Positions 1 to 11,336 are shown, numbered from the stretch's first letter. The stretch is 64,000 bases of DNA from an uncultured Chloroflexia bacterium (GCA_963810095.1 CAWEMM010000006.1:1824001-1888000), one strand, 5' to 3'. Translations and numbers: made by a program. The notes: generated by a model from the letters alone, not told the origin.

Positions 1-695
1 AGGCCGGCAAGGCGGCCGCCAAGCCCCAGCCCATCCCCGAGCGCCCGGTGCGCTCGCCGGCCGAGTACCGCCAGCGGGCCGTTTCGTACCGGCGTAAGAT
101 TCAGAGCCTGATCAAGATGCGGCGGCCGGGCCCCATCGCGGACCGCATGACCGACGTGTTGCAGAAGCTCAAGAGCTGGGAAGAGCGGGTGGGCCAGCTG
201 GCCGACCGCCTGACGCTTTACGAGAAGGACGACCTGATCCAGCGCGACGTGCGTGAGGCGCCGATACACATCGAGCGGCTCCGCCGGCAGCTGGCCCTCG
301 AAGCCGAGCCCGAGATGCAGCGGCAGATCCAGCGGACGCTGGGGGCCTACGAGGAACAGCAGCGCCAGCTCGAGCTCCTGGCGAAGGTGATGAAGCGTAC
401 GCGGCTCAACCTCGACGACACGCTTGCGGCGATGGGGACTGTTTACTCACAGCTCCAGGTGCTGAATGCGATGGACATCGACGGCCCGACCGCAGCGCGC
501 ATCGAGGGCAGCGTCGATCGTGAAGTCGAACGGCTCAACGACCTGGCGACCGCGCTGTCCGAGGTCTACCAGTCGAGCACCGAGGCGCCCCGGCAGACTG
601 CGGCGGGAACTGGCGCGAGCACAAGCGCGGCCGGCGATGCGGATGGCACTCTGCCCGATCGCAAAACCCGGTTGAGCGACAGCGCGGCGGGTTAG
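1..695 (+). CDS. Coiled-coil hypothetical protein, XpaC-like (5'-truncated by window edge)
   Basis: Frame is open from the window start through ORF 48..695. Helical Q/E/R-rich sequence ending ...LDDTLAAMGTVYSQLQ...EVERLNDLATALSEV. Confidence 0.6.
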   Translation, partial: AGKAAAKPQPIPERPVRSPAEYRQRAVSYRRKIQSLIKMRRPGPIADRMTDVLQKLKSWEERVGQLADRLTLYEKDDLIQRDVREAPIHIERLRRQLALEAEPEMQRQIQRTLGAYEEQQRQLELLAKVMKRTRLNLDDTLAAMGTVYSQLQVLNAMDIDGPTAARIEGSVDREVERLNDLATALSEVYQSSTEAPRQTAAGTGASTSAAGDADGTLPDRKTRLSDSAAG

Positions 696-705
696 CTTCA
701 AAGTC

Positions 706-738
706 GGACCTTCGAGGTTTGGGGAACCTCGAAGGTCT
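706..738. repeat. Palindromic REP-like hairpin (family A)
   Basis: gaccttcgaggtt-tgggg-aacctcgaaggtc, a perfect 13-bp stem in an intergenic gap. Confidence 0.7.
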
Positions 739-759
739 TCTCGTTGGGGAGAGCATACG

Positions 760-1360
760 ATGCCCGCAGAACTGACCCTGCGCACGTTCATTGCCATCGA
801 GCTGGACGAGCTGGCGCGCGACGGGCTGGCGCGTGTCCAATCCAAGTTCAAGAAGCAGGCGCCGGATGGCAGCATCAGATGGGTAAACCCTGAATCGATC
901 CACCTCACGCTCAAATTCCTGGGCGACACCCCGGTCACGAAGATCAGCAAAGTGGCGGACGCGCTCGGCCGCGGCTTGCCAGGGCATCCCGGAGTTCGAC
1001 ATTTCTTTCGAGGGCCGCGGGTGCTTCCCGAACACCCGGCGGCCGCGCGTGATCTGGGTTGCGGTGCGCGACCTGAGCGGCTCGAGCCTCACGCGCCTGC
1101 AAGCAGCCGTCGAAGAGAGGGTGTCGCCGCTGGGATTCCCGACCGAAGAGCGGGGTTTTTCGCCGCACCTGACGCTCGGCCGCGTCGGGCGTTCTGCCAG
1201 TCCTCAGGCCGAGGCTGCGATCGGGCAGATGGTCGAGAAGTCGGTGGTGGAGCAAATCGCCGTGCTGCATGTGGGGGCCGTGCATCTCATCAAGAGCGAT
1301 CTGCGACCCACAGGACCGGTATACACCCAGTTGGCGACCGTGGCGTTAAGGAGTACGTAA
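760..1360 (+). CDS. thpR: RNA 2',3'-cyclic phosphodiesterase (2H family), frameshifted near 975
   Basis: RTFIAIEL and IHLTLKFLG in ORF 760. Second HxT motif (FSPHLTLGRV) and SDLRPTGPVY in ORF 1049..1360. Confidence 0.9.
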
Positions 1361-1365
1361 GCAAA

Positions 1366-1400
1366 AGCCCTCCGAGGTCTTCCGCAGACCGGAGAGGGCT
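1366..1400. repeat. Palindromic REP-like hairpin (family A) between convergent genes
   Basis: agccctccgaggtct-tccgc-agaccggagagggct, imperfect stem. Confidence 0.55.
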
Positions 1401-1421
1401 CGGTGCGGGGCGCAGCCCGTG

Positions 1422-2849
1422 CTACGATTGTCCCGGCAGCTCCAGGACGCGTTCGCTGCCTTCGATCTGCGCGCTCGGTGGCGCCTCAACAGCGTTTGCG
1501 TCTCTAAGCTCAGAACCGGCGCCGGCCGGCGGAAACTGCCCCGCGCGCCGGGGCTTGAGCAGCAGCACTGCGACCGCCAGCGGAGCGAGGACCAGCCAGG
1601 CCGCGAAAAACCCGAACAGCACCAGGCTTGCCCCCCCCACCAACTGCGCCTGCAGCTGGAGCGGGAAATCGGGGCGATACCCCGACGCGGGCAGCAGCCC
1701 TGTGACGCCCTGGCCGGCCACCCGCAAGTACTCGCCCACGCCGATGCCGTTCCAACCCGCGCCAGCACTCCCATCCGCCAGCAAGCCGACCGCGGCCAGC
1801 CCCATGAGGCCCCCGACTCCGTGAACCATGAGCGCGGCCGTTGGGTCGTCCCAGCGGAGCACCCGGTCGAAGATGAAGACGATGATGGGGGTCAGCAGCC
1901 CAAGCAGCGCGCCCAACGCGAATGCGGCCCAGGTGGCGACAAAGGGAGCCGCTGCCAGGCTCGCTACGACGGCCGCGCCCACGGCTCGCGCCCCCATGAG
2001 CGGGTCGGGCCGGCCCGCGACGAGCCAGGTATAGCCGACGGACAGCAGCGCGGCGCCGGCGGCGGCCACGAGGGTGTTCAGGAGCGCCCGCTGTAACTCG
2101 AACTGGCCCACGACGAGCGGGTTGGCATTCAGCCAGGGTGCCAGCGCCACGAAGAGCACGCCGACGCCGAGGAGGCTTAGTACGGGGAACGTTGCTTTGG
2201 GAAGGGGAGTGACCTCACCGGCCGTGTGGCGCGGCCGGCGGGGCAGGAAGACAAGCACGCCAGCCAGCGCGACGGCCGCGCCCAGCAGGTTGACCAGGCC
2301 CGCGCCGCCTACGTCGACCACGCCATGCGCCAGCCCGAGGTTGGCACCGAGGTTGGCCAGCCAGCCCCCGCCCCAGATCCAGTTGCCCGCGACGGGATAG
2401 ATCACCGCGCCGACGAGGAAGCCGAGCAAGACGGTGGCCCAGCCGGGAATGCGGCCGCGCAGGGCCATCACCGGGATCAGCGCGGCCATGACGACCATGG
2501 GCAGGTTTGCGAGCGCAAGCGTGCGGGCGGCAGGTGTCGCTGCGGCCCCAGCCAGCAGCCAGCCGGCGAGCCCCGCCATGCCCCAGCCCGATCCCCACGT
2601 TACGCCCAGGGCCGACCATTCCCAGATCAGGCCGTCGTAGCCGGGGAGTTCGTGCGCGAGCCCGACGCCGCCATACTGAAGCGCGAAGCCTGTGATAACA
2701 TAGCCTGCGACGGCCAATCCAAGCGCCGCCAGGAAGGCAACCGCTCCGGCTCGCGCCTGGTCGCGCGAGAGGCCGCTTGCGCCGATCAGCGCGTATCCAA
2801 TGGGCAACAAGAACGCGAGGCCGAGCGTCAAGAGGGGTGGTTCGGACAT
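1422..2849 (-). CDS. Ammonium transporter (Amt/Rh) family protein, divergent
   Basis: About 11 hydrophobic segments. YPVAGNWIWGGGWL, VVDVGGAGLVN and DDPTAALMVHGVGG match Amt motifs. Start placed at MSEPP (2849). Confidence 0.8.
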   Translation of the reverse strand: MSEPPLLTLGLAFLLPIGYALIGASGLSRDQARAGAVAFLAALGLAVAGYVITGFALQYGGVGLAHELPGYDGLIWEWSALGVTWGSGWGMAGLAGWLLAGAAATPAARTLALANLPMVVMAALIPVMALRGRIPGWATVLLGFLVGAVIYPVAGNWIWGGGWLANLGANLGLAHGVVDVGGAGLVNLLGAAVALAGVLVFLPRRPRHTAGEVTPLPKATFPVLSLLGVGVLFVALAPWLNANPLVVGQFELQRALLNTLVAAAGAALLSVGYTWLVAGRPDPLMGARAVGAAVVASLAAAPFVATWAAFALGALLGLLTPIIVFIFDRVLRWDDPTAALMVHGVGGLMGLAAVGLLADGSAGAGWNGIGVGEYLRVAGQGVTGLLPASGYRPDFPLQLQAQLVGGASLVLFGFFAAWLVLAPLAVAVLLLKPRRAGQFPPAGAGSELRDANAVEAPPSAQIEGSERVLELPGQS

Positions 2850-2871
2850 ACTGCCTATGGTATCACAGGAA

Positions 2872-3426
2872 ATGGCCGGCTCGCAATTTGCGCCGCACGG
2901 CGAGTCGCCGCCGCGCCTGATCGTCGACGCCATGCTGGGCAAGCTCGTCCGGTGGCTGCGCCTCGCCGGCTATGACGCGACGTTCTGGCGCGAAGGGACC
3001 GACGAGGCCCTCATGGTCAGCGCGCGTGAACAGGACCGTCTGATCCTGACGAAAGACCACGCCCTGGCGGGCCGGCGCGGGGTACAAGCCGTGCTGATTA
3101 ACGCCGACGACGTTGACGCGCAGCTCTACGAGGCGCGCTTGGAACTTCAGCAGCGCGGCCGCGTGCCCGAGCCCTTTACCCGGTGCGTGGAGTGCAACGG
3201 CCTCGTCGCCGATTTGCCACATGCCGGTGCCGAAGGGCTGGTGCCGCCCTACGTCTGGCACACCCAGTCCGAATTCCGCCGTTGCTCCGACTGCGGCCGC
3301 GTTTACTGGAAGGGGACGCACTGGCCCAGCATCCGGAGGCGGCTCGCCGGCCCGGGCGCTGCCGAGCCGGGGCACGCGGATCGCCGCGAGAAGCGGTCTT
3401 ATCACGACGAAGGCGAGGGACCTTGA
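2872..3426 (+). CDS. Mut7-C RNase domain protein (DUF82; PIN-like plus Zn ribbon)
   Basis: LIVDAMLGKLVRWLRLAGYD, RCVECN...CSDCGRVYWKGTHW. Confidence 0.9.
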   Translation: MAGSQFAPHGESPPRLIVDAMLGKLVRWLRLAGYDATFWREGTDEALMVSAREQDRLILTKDHALAGRRGVQAVLINADDVDAQLYEARLELQQRGRVPEPFTRCVECNGLVADLPHAGAEGLVPPYVWHTQSEFRRCSDCGRVYWKGTHWPSIRRRLAGPGAAEPGHADRREKRSYHDEGEGP

Positions 3427-5313
3427 AACGCTTCAGAGGGGACGGGCCCTGGGCGCTGGCGCTGGGGGCGGCAGCTTTCGTCCTGTATGCCATCACGGCG
3501 CCGCCGTCGGTCGCCACGGTCTTTGACGACAGCCTCGAGTTTCACGTCGTGCTGCCCACGCTCGGCATCGCACACCCCAGCGGCTACCCGCTGTATACCT
3601 TGCTCGGCAAGGGTGCGACGCTGCTCATCCCCTTCCGAGACGCAGCCGGCCGTGCGAACCTGTTGTCGGCGCTGTTTGCGGGCGCCGCAGTGGCGATGCT
3701 GTTTCTGGTGGCACGCAGATTCGCCGGAAGCCGCCCCGCCGCAGCTAGCGCGGCGGGCGTGTTCGCGCTCTCGGCCACGTGGTGGTCGCAGGCCACCCTG
3801 GCCGAAGTTTACGCGCTGCACGCGCTGCTGGTGGGCGTCTTCCTGTACTGCTTGCTGCGTTGGGAGGAGGCTCGGTTGGCGGCGGGCCGGTCAGGTCCTG
3901 GCCGGGCCGACCGCTGGCTGTGGGTTGCGGCCTTCACTTGCGGCCTGGGGCTGGCGCACCATCGCATGATTGCCCTGCTGCTGCCCGCGGCCCTGGTCTT
4001 CATCTTCTGGACCGATCCCGGCCTGCTGCGGCAGCCGCGGCGTTGGTTCGCACCGATCGTGCTCGGGTTGGCGCCGCTGTTGTTCTATCTCTATTTGCCG
4101 CTGCGCGGCCGGTCGGTGTCGTCCCTCGACGGGACATATCAAGCGACGCTGCAGGGGACCATCGACTGGATCACCGCCCGCGGCTATAGCATCTTCCTGA
4201 CCGGCAACCCCTTCAATATTGAACGCCGGTGGAACGATTATCTGGCAATCTTCCTTAACGAACTCGGCGGCATTGCCCTGGTCATCGCGGTGCTGGGCCT
4301 CAGCACGGCGTTTCAGTTCCGTGGCCGGCGGGCAGTCTTCTTGCTCATCGCCACGCTGACGCAGATTGCGTTTGGGGCCGCGTACAAGGTCCAGGACGTC
4401 AACGTCTTCTTTATCCCCGCGTTCATGCTCGTCTGTATCTGGGTGGCGATCGGCTTGGCGCCCATGTTCGACCGCATGACCCAGGGCGCGGCGCACGCGA
4501 CCTGGGCGCTGCATGTGCCGCACCAGTTCCGGCAAGTGGTGCTCCTGGCCTGGCTGGTGCCGGTGGCGGCGGTCGTACTATTCGAGCCGGTGCGTCTCAG
4601 CATCAAGGAGTGGCCCCAGCGGAACCGCAGCAGCGATTGGGAGGTTTACGACGCCGGACGGTCGACGATCGAAGCCCCTGCGGCGGGCGGGCGAATCGTG
4701 GGCCTGGGCGGCGAGGTGACCTTGGCGCAGTACTTTCGCGACGTTCTGGGCCAACGTCCCGACCTGGAACTGACGCGCGCCGACGGAGAGTCCGAGCGGT
4801 ACGCGGCCATCGAAACCGCGCTCGCTGCTGGCCAGCCCGTTTACCTGACGCGCGACCTGCCGGGTGCGGCGCAGCGCTACAGCCTGGATGCGGCCGGGCC
4901 GCTGATCCGGGTCAGCGCGAAGGAGCAGGTCGAGGCGGCGCCGGCGGGTGGGGAGGCGCTGGGCCCGTTGCGCTTGCTCGACGCAGTCGCTGCAGCCGCT
5001 GCCGGCCCACGGACTGGCGGCCCGGGTGAGCCTGGGCTGGACTGCACCGCAACCCGTGGGCGAGGAACTAAAAGTGTCTGCTCGCCTGCTCAACGCGGCC
5101 GGGGAGGTCGTGGCCGCGCAGGACGCTGCCCCGGTCCATTTTGCCTACCCCACCACCGCGTGGGTTGCAGGGGAAGAAGTGGACGACGCGTACGACCTGC
5201 GGCTGCCGGGTGATGCGGTGCCCGGCGACTACACAGCCCTCGTGATCCTCTACCGGGCGGCGGACGGCAGCGAGGTTGGGCGCACGACGCTCGGGCCGGT
5301 CAGGCTGCAATAG
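3423..5313 (+). CDS. DUF2723/TMEM260-like membrane glycosyltransferase (GT-C), frameshifted near 4985
   Basis: DDSLEF...GIAHPSGYPLYTLLG, AEVYALH, GLGLAHH, YLYLPLR motifs and many TM helices. C-terminal Ig-like domain continues in ORF 4948..5313. Confidence 0.85.
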
Positions 5314-5339
5314 GCACGAGCGGTCCTTTTCAAGTCAGT

Positions 5340-6163
5340 CTACAGCCAGCGCTCGAACCATTCCACGGCATCGTCGAGCATCAGGTCGGTCAGCACGTGG
5401 CCGAGCGGGTAGACGTTCCACTTGAGCAGATCGGGCTGCGAGGCGTATGCGGGGCGCAGGCTCCGCAGCCAGTGCAGCACGTAGTATTTCGGCTGGTCCG
5501 TGTCGAAGTCACCGTTCATGATCAACAAGGGCCTGGGTGGGAGCGCCGGCAGCCGTCCGGCCGGATCTGCCGCTGGAATCCACGCGGTGCGCCGGGCCGT
5601 CTCGTTCCGCACCCCGTCGATCGCCGCGCCCCAGTCCGGGTTGCTCCACGCCGACTCGTCCAGCACATCCTGCCAGCGCTGTTGGAACGTGGGGAGGCCC
5701 ATCATGGGGACCGCGGCCTTCAGCGCCGGAATGTCGGCCAGCGCGAGAAAGCTGGTGTAGCCCCCTTGCGAATGGCCGGTGACGCCCGCTCGGCCGGTGT
5801 CCAAGCGCGAGTCGTGTGCGAAGTGGGCGAGCAGCGCGCCGATGTCGGCCGACGACTGGCGGATGCAGCTCAGGAAGTTGAGATAGATGTCGAGCCCCGC
5901 CTCGCGGGGAAAGATGCCTCCGAGTTCGAGCTCGTAGGCCCGGTCGAGGTGCGGATCGTAGCGTTCGCCGTGGTGCAGCGGGTCGAAGCTGATGCACGCC
6001 ATGCCGCGCCGTCCCAGGCGATAGGCGAGGCTTAGGCAGGCTTCTTCGTCCCCCCGTAGCCGGGCACGCAGAACACGACGGGGCAACCCTTTGCTCCGAA
6101 GGGCAATGCCAGCAGCGTGGGCACTTCCCCAACGTGCAGCGTTTCAATCGTCAGGCCGTTCAT
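5340..6163 (-). CDS. Alpha/beta hydrolase (esterase/peptidase S9-like), frameshifted near 6050
   Basis: GHSQGG nucleophile elbow, NGDFD and LGH triad residues. N-terminus MNGLTIETLHVG lies in another frame and overlaps the hisN stop (ATGA). Confidence 0.8.
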
Positions 6164-6948
6164 GCTGCAGGAGCTCCGAGCAGCGCGATGATCTCGTCTT
6201 TGAGCGCCGCGTTGGTCGCAAGGCCCTCGCCCGAGTGGTTCGTCGGGTTCCCGCGCCAATCTCCGAAATAGCCGCCCGCTTCCTGCAGGATGGGCACAAA
6301 CGGGCCGCAATCCCAGGAGTTCATGATCGGGTCGAGCATGGCCTCCAGGCGGCCGGTGGCGACGAGGAGATAGCCGTAGGCATCGGTCCAGCCCACCCGG
6401 GCATAGCTGCGGCGCATCAAGCGGTCCCACGATGCGGCCCTTCCGTACGTTTCGAAGTTGCCGAAGTCGGAGCACGATACGTAAGCCCGGCCCAACTCAG
6501 ACACGGTCGACACGCGGCACGGCCGGCCGTTCCAGTAACACCCGGCACCTGATGCGGCTGCGAGCATCTCGTCGGTCCCCGGATAGTACGCTGCGCCTAC
6601 CACGGGCATTCCTTCAAGTTCGAGCCCGATCAGGACGCCGTAGAGCGGTACGCCCCGGATGAAGGAGCGTGTGCCGTCGATGGGGTCCACGAACCAGCGG
6701 TAGGTTGCGCCCTCGGTTTCTTTCACGCCATACTCTTCGCCGACGATCGCGTGGGCGGGGAATTGCTTTTCGATACGCCCCCGGATGAACTCCTCTGACA
6801 GCTTATCGGCAACCGTGACGGGAGATTCGTCCGCTTTGAACTCGGGGCGGACGCCCGTGCCGAAATAACCGAGCGTGATGCGGCCGGCCAGGTACGCGGT
6901 CTCTGCCGCAAAGTCCATCAGGTGCCGGAACTCCGTAGGTCGCGTCAT
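6160..6948 (-). CDS. hisN: Histidinol-phosphatase, inositol monophosphatase family
   Basis: KADESPVTVADK, GEEYG, WFVDPIDGTRSF and WDCGP motifs. Confidence 0.8.
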   Translation of the reverse strand: MTRPTEFRHLMDFAAETAYLAGRITLGYFGTGVRPEFKADESPVTVADKLSEEFIRGRIEKQFPAHAIVGEEYGVKETEGATYRWFVDPIDGTRSFIRGVPLYGVLIGLELEGMPVVGAAYYPGTDEMLAAASGAGCYWNGRPCRVSTVSELGRAYVSCSDFGNFETYGRAASWDRLMRRSYARVGWTDAYGYLLVATGRLEAMLDPIMNSWDCGPFVPILQEAGGYFGDWRGNPTNHSGEGLATNAALKDEIIALLGAPAA

Positions 6949-6987
6949 CTTGTCCTCTCTTTTTCACTGCGCAGCAGCCAGCCCTGG

Positions 6988-8295
6988 CTAGCCGCCTGCG
7001 TCGAAGAAGGGTAGTTGCAGCACGACGAGTACGATCAGCGCAAGCACCGCGGGCACGGCGTACCAGTAGCGCCGGTTCCGGGCGTCGACGGCCAGGAACT
7101 GGCTGCGGGTGGCCCACCAGACGACCGTGACCGCGACGACCTGGAGCGCCGCGTTGCTCCACGGGTTCTCCTCGCCAAGACCGATCGCCCGGACGGCCAG
7201 GGCAATCGCGACCAGGGTCAGGAGGTGGGCCGTCCAGGCATAGAGCGCATGTTGCCCGAACGGCAGCAGGAAGCCCTGGAACGCCCGCGACAGCGGCGCC
7301 CACCAGCGCGTCAGGCAGAGCAAGAGCCAGCCGAACACCACGGCCGAAGCAAAAGCGCGTCCCGGGCCCAGGTTGGGCCGGCCGAACAGGGTGTCGAGCG
7401 CCAAGCGCTGCAGCGGCACGATGGCCGCGGGCAGGTTGTCCGGCGGGATGCGGAGGAGGAAGAACAGGCCGACCAGGGCCGCGAATGCCAATCCGGTGAG
7501 CAGGTGCAGCCGGTTGCGCGCGCTCCCCTCAAGGCGGGGCAGGCGGTCGCGGCGGTAGCTGAGGACAAAGGTCGTGAAGAACAGCAACTGCCACGTCGAA
7601 AACGGAAAGGCCAGGCCATGCGCAACCGGCCAAGGGAAGGTCGCCGGCTCCGGATAAACCTGATAGACAAGCCACACGAGCCATGATGCGAGCAGCACGA
7701 CCCAGACGCCTTTCTGTTCGATGATCAGAAGGACGAGCGGGAGGGCGAGGAACAGCAGGGTATAGAGCAGCAGGATGTCGACGTACGGATAGCTCATGTG
7801 CAGGCCGAGCACGCTGGCGAGGAACTTGAGCGAACGTGACATGTCGATGCCAATAGCCCACGGCAGTTGGAGCGCCTCGGATAGCGGCGCGAGGAACAAG
7901 GTCAACCCAACTGTGAGCAGATACAGAGTGAACGCGCGGCTAAGGGCCTTCGTCATCGCCGCGACGAGACCATCGCGCACGACCAGCCGGCGATAGACGA
8001 GCCCTGCGGTCAGGCCAGAAACCAGGATGAAGCCCTCGGCGGCCGAGGTGAGGAACAAGCTCCCGCCTGTGAGGAAGTACAGGGGTGAGGCGCCGGCCAC
8101 GTGGTCGACAATGATCACCAGCACGCAGAGCCCGCGCAGGAAATCGAGCCGCAAATCGCGGCCGGAGGGCGTGACGTAGGCGGGCCGGCCAGGCGAGGCT
8201 GACAGGCGGGCGACATCTGCGGGGGTTGAGATTGCTGACACGGGTGAAGTCCTGAATCGCGCCCGGGCTGGAAGAGCGGGCGTTTCGAGCGACAA
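6988..8295 (-). CDS. OpgC-domain membrane acyl(succinyl)transferase-like protein
   Basis: GRDLRLDFLRGL...VDH, SAAEGFILVSG, DILLLY, WQLLF and GQHALYAW motifs. Start codon uncertain. Confidence 0.8.
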   Translation of the reverse strand: MSLETPALPARARFRTSPVSAISTPADVARLSASPGRPAYVTPSGRDLRLDFLRGLCVLVIIVDHVAGASPLYFLTGGSLFLTSAAEGFILVSGLTAGLVYRRLVVRDGLVAAMTKALSRAFTLYLLTVGLTLFLAPLSEALQLPWAIGIDMSRSLKFLASVLGLHMSYPYVDILLLYTLLFLALPLVLLIIEQKGVWVVLLASWLVWLVYQVYPEPATFPWPVAHGLAFPFSTWQLLFFTTFVLSYRRDRLPRLEGSARNRLHLLTGLAFAALVGLFFLLRIPPDNLPAAIVPLQRLALDTLFGRPNLGPGRAFASAVVFGWLLLCLTRWWAPLSRAFQGFLLPFGQHALYAWTAHLLTLVAIALAVRAIGLGEENPWSNAALQVVAVTVVWWATRSQFLAVDARNRRYWYAVPAVLALIVLVVLQLPFFDAGG

Positions 8296-8377
8296 TTATG
8301 GGCCTCGCTCGGCCGGTCACGGCAAACGGAGGCCATCATATCAGGTGCGCCCGTTCGGCGCAAAAGAGGCGCGGCAA

Positions 8378-11106
8378 CTATTCCTGCGGTGCCCCGTTCC
8401 CCGGTTCGCCGGCTTCGTCGAGGACGACCACGGCCCCTTTCGATCCGTCGACCCGCACCCGCTGCCCAGTGCGCAGCCGGGTCGTGGCGCGGTCCACGCC
8501 CACTACGGCGGGGATGCCGTACTCGCGCGCCACGACCGAGCCGTGCGTCATCAGCCCGCCCACCTCCATGACCAGCGCACACGCGGGGAGGAACAGCGGC
8601 GTCCAGGATGGGTCGGTGCCCCGGCAGACGAGCACGTCGCCGGGCTCCATCTTTGCGCTACCCGGATCGAGCACGACGTTCACCCGGCCTTCGGCCAACC
8701 CCGGCGAAACCGGGCTGCCTGCCAGCCCGCCCACCGGCAGACCGTCCGACGCCTTTCCGCCGCCGATCCCTTCATAGAAGGCCGTCCCGTCGCTGAGCAT
8801 CAGCCTGGGCGCCTGTCTCCGGCGCTGCTCATGGAGGTGGCGCTGGCGCTGCGCGTCCACGCTCTCACGCAGCCGCCCGCGCCAGCCGGCCAGGTCTTCG
8901 CCCCGCGCCTGTGCGCCGGCCAGTGCCTGCAGCTCGGCCCGTGGGAGCCAGACGACATCTTCCTTTGTCTCCAGGACGCCGGCCCGAGCCAGTTCCGCGC
9001 CCGAGTCGAGCAGGGCCTCACGGGCGATGCCGAGCAGGTTGACGATCGTAAACTTCGGGCTCTCGCGCAGCCCCGCCAGCGCACGCACCCGACGCACGTA
9101 CCATCGTGCCAGTGCGGCCTTACGCCGCCCGCCCGGCCGCTTCCGCAGCTCTGCCACCAAGCGCTCCGCCGCCTGCTCGGCCGCGGCCGCGCCCCGCGCA
9201 AACACGGCGTCCGGCGCCAATGCCGGGTCCGTGATGCGCACGTAGCTCTGCACGGCCTCCATGACCGGCGCCGGGTCGTCACGCCATCTCGGCCGGCCCA
9301 TGTCGATCTCGCCGAGCCCGCGCATCCCGTAACGTGACAGGAATTCGGCGAGCGCCTGCTGCCCGACGGGCGGCAGGTCCTTTGCCAGGTATGCTTGCGC
9401 CAGGCTGCGGCTGTGCTCGGGTCAGGAAGGCCTCGTTCGCAGCCGCATCGCGCTGGATGCGCCGGGCTGCCTCCCACAGGGCCAGGTCCATCTCGGTGGT
9501 GACGTTATTAGGCAGCCCGCGCAGCAGCTCGAGCGCCACCTGGCGGCCGGCGGGCAGCTCGTCGCACACCCGGTAGAGCCGGTACAGGGAGGCCATGCCG
9601 GGCACGAAGCGCGGGAACAGCCCCGGCAGGAGGAACTTGCGGATCGAAACGGCAATCTCGTCCAGCAGGGCCAGCCGCTGCTCGAGGCTATGCGCCTCGG
9701 CAGAGAGCGTTTCGTACCACCTGATGGCCCGGCCGACGCTCTTGGCTGCCTCGCGCTGCGCTGCCTCGGGCCGGGCCAGTGCCAGGGCCAGCCGCCCGGC
9801 GAGGGGCAGCAGCAGGCGCGCGGCGGTCCGGATAGTGCGCACGCTCGGCCGCTCCGACGTCACGCCAAGCCGCGGGTCGTCCCACACCTGGAGCAAGGCC
9901 TCGCGCACCGACGGCTCGACCTGCCCAAGCGCGGCGTGGAGCAGCCGGCGCCCGAACCCGTTGCGGAGCAGCGCAGTGAGGTCGATCCAGAGCCGTTCTC
10001 CCGCCTGCCTGAACACGCCCTGGGTTTCCCACGTCACGTCGTAGTCCAGCAGGCAGGCCGTGGAGGCGGCGAGCGAACGCAGCGCGTCGCTGCCGAGCGG
10101 CGTCAGCGGGTCGAGCATCCCCTGGAAGGCGCCAAATGAGCCTAAGACCCGCAGCGGCCCGGCCGGCTCCATACCGGCTGGCAGCGGGTATAGAGATGTG
10201 ATTGGGCGCGACTGGACCAGCGCCAGCTCTCCTGCGGCCCACGTCCATTCAATGTCCTGGGGTATGCCGAAATAGGCTTCGACGCGCTCGCCCAGCCCGG
10301 CCAGCGCCGCGATGGCGCCGTCGGGCAGCGCCTGCAGCGAGCGCCGGTCTCCGCCGGCGCCGGGCCCGACCTTCGCGCCCAGTTGTTTGGCAACAATACG
10401 CCCGCTTGCGCTCTCGACCAGGTAGTGGTCCGGCTCGACCTGCCCGCTGACCAGCGCTTCCCCCAGGCCAAGGGTTGCGTCGATCGCGCTTTCCGTGCGC
10501 CGCCCGGTGAGCGGGTTTGCGGTAAAGAGCACCCCGGCGGCTTCGGCCTGCACCATCGCCTGGACGACCACGGCGAGGGACACGCCATCCTGCGGGAGGC
10601 CGTTGTGTGCCCGGTACCCGATGGCGCGGGCGGTCCACAGGCTGCCCCAGCATGAGCGGACGGCCTCCAGCAGCGCCGCCTGCCCCGACACGTTGAGATA
10701 GGTGTCCTGCTGGCCGGCAAAGGAAAGATCGGGTAGGTCTTCGGCGGTGGCCGACGAGCGCACCGCGACGGGGCCTGCATCCCCGAACAGCCCGACATAG
10801 GCGGCGCAGATTGCAGAAGCAAGGTCGGGGGGCAGCGAGCCGGCATGGAAGTGGGCTCGAATGGCGCCAGACGCGGCTTCGAGGGAGGCCGGATCGTCGG
10901 GCGTGAGGCCGGCCAGGATGGCGCGCGATGAGCGGGCCCAGCCCGTTTGCGTGCACGAAGGCGTCGTAGGCGCCGGTCGTGATGACGAAACCGGGGGGGA
11001 CGGGGAATCCGCCGCGGATCAGCCGGGAAAGGTTCGCCGCCTTCCCGCCAGACACATTCAATGTAGCGAGGGGTGAATCGAGCGCGAGAATAAAGGGTGC
11101 AGGCAT
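8378..11106 (-). CDS. PEP/pyruvate-binding plus His-swivel protein (rifampicin phosphotransferase-like architecture), several frameshifts
   Basis: GGKAANL, VRSSATAEDLPDLSFAGQQDTYLNV, QDIEW and QSRPIT (ATP-grasp); RGLGEIDMGRPRW; GGLMTHGSVVAREYGIPAVVG (phospho-His). Spread over ORFs 10249..11106, 9279..10763 and 8378..9325. Confidence 0.85.
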
Positions 11107-11177
11107 GTGGGCTCCGATCTGGTGTGAGAATTCTAGCGTCTCGCGTTCCCTGCGTCAACGTTGCGAGATATCGAGAT

Positions 11178-11206
11178 TTGCATTTGCGCTGAACATGTGA
11201 TATACA
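11178..11206 (+). promoter_or_regulatory. Sigma70-type promoter upstream of the zinc-ribbon gene
   Basis: TTGCAT-17 nt-TATACA with TG just upstream of the -10. Implies a leader of about 125 nt. Confidence 0.55.
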
Positions 11207-11336
11207 TAGGGTAATTGATATGCATCCGTCGACGGACACGAACCAGGAAATAGCTCCCACAAGCAAACGCCCTGTTAGTTCTCGCAGCGCCGGATAAGTC
11301 AAGAGAAAAACATTCACAGGAGTTAGTGAGACTAAC

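Noticed and set aside
6988-8295. OpgC as evidence of a periplasmic glucan pathway
   Set aside because: No opgG/opgH genes are in the window, and the domain is widespread with unknown acceptors.
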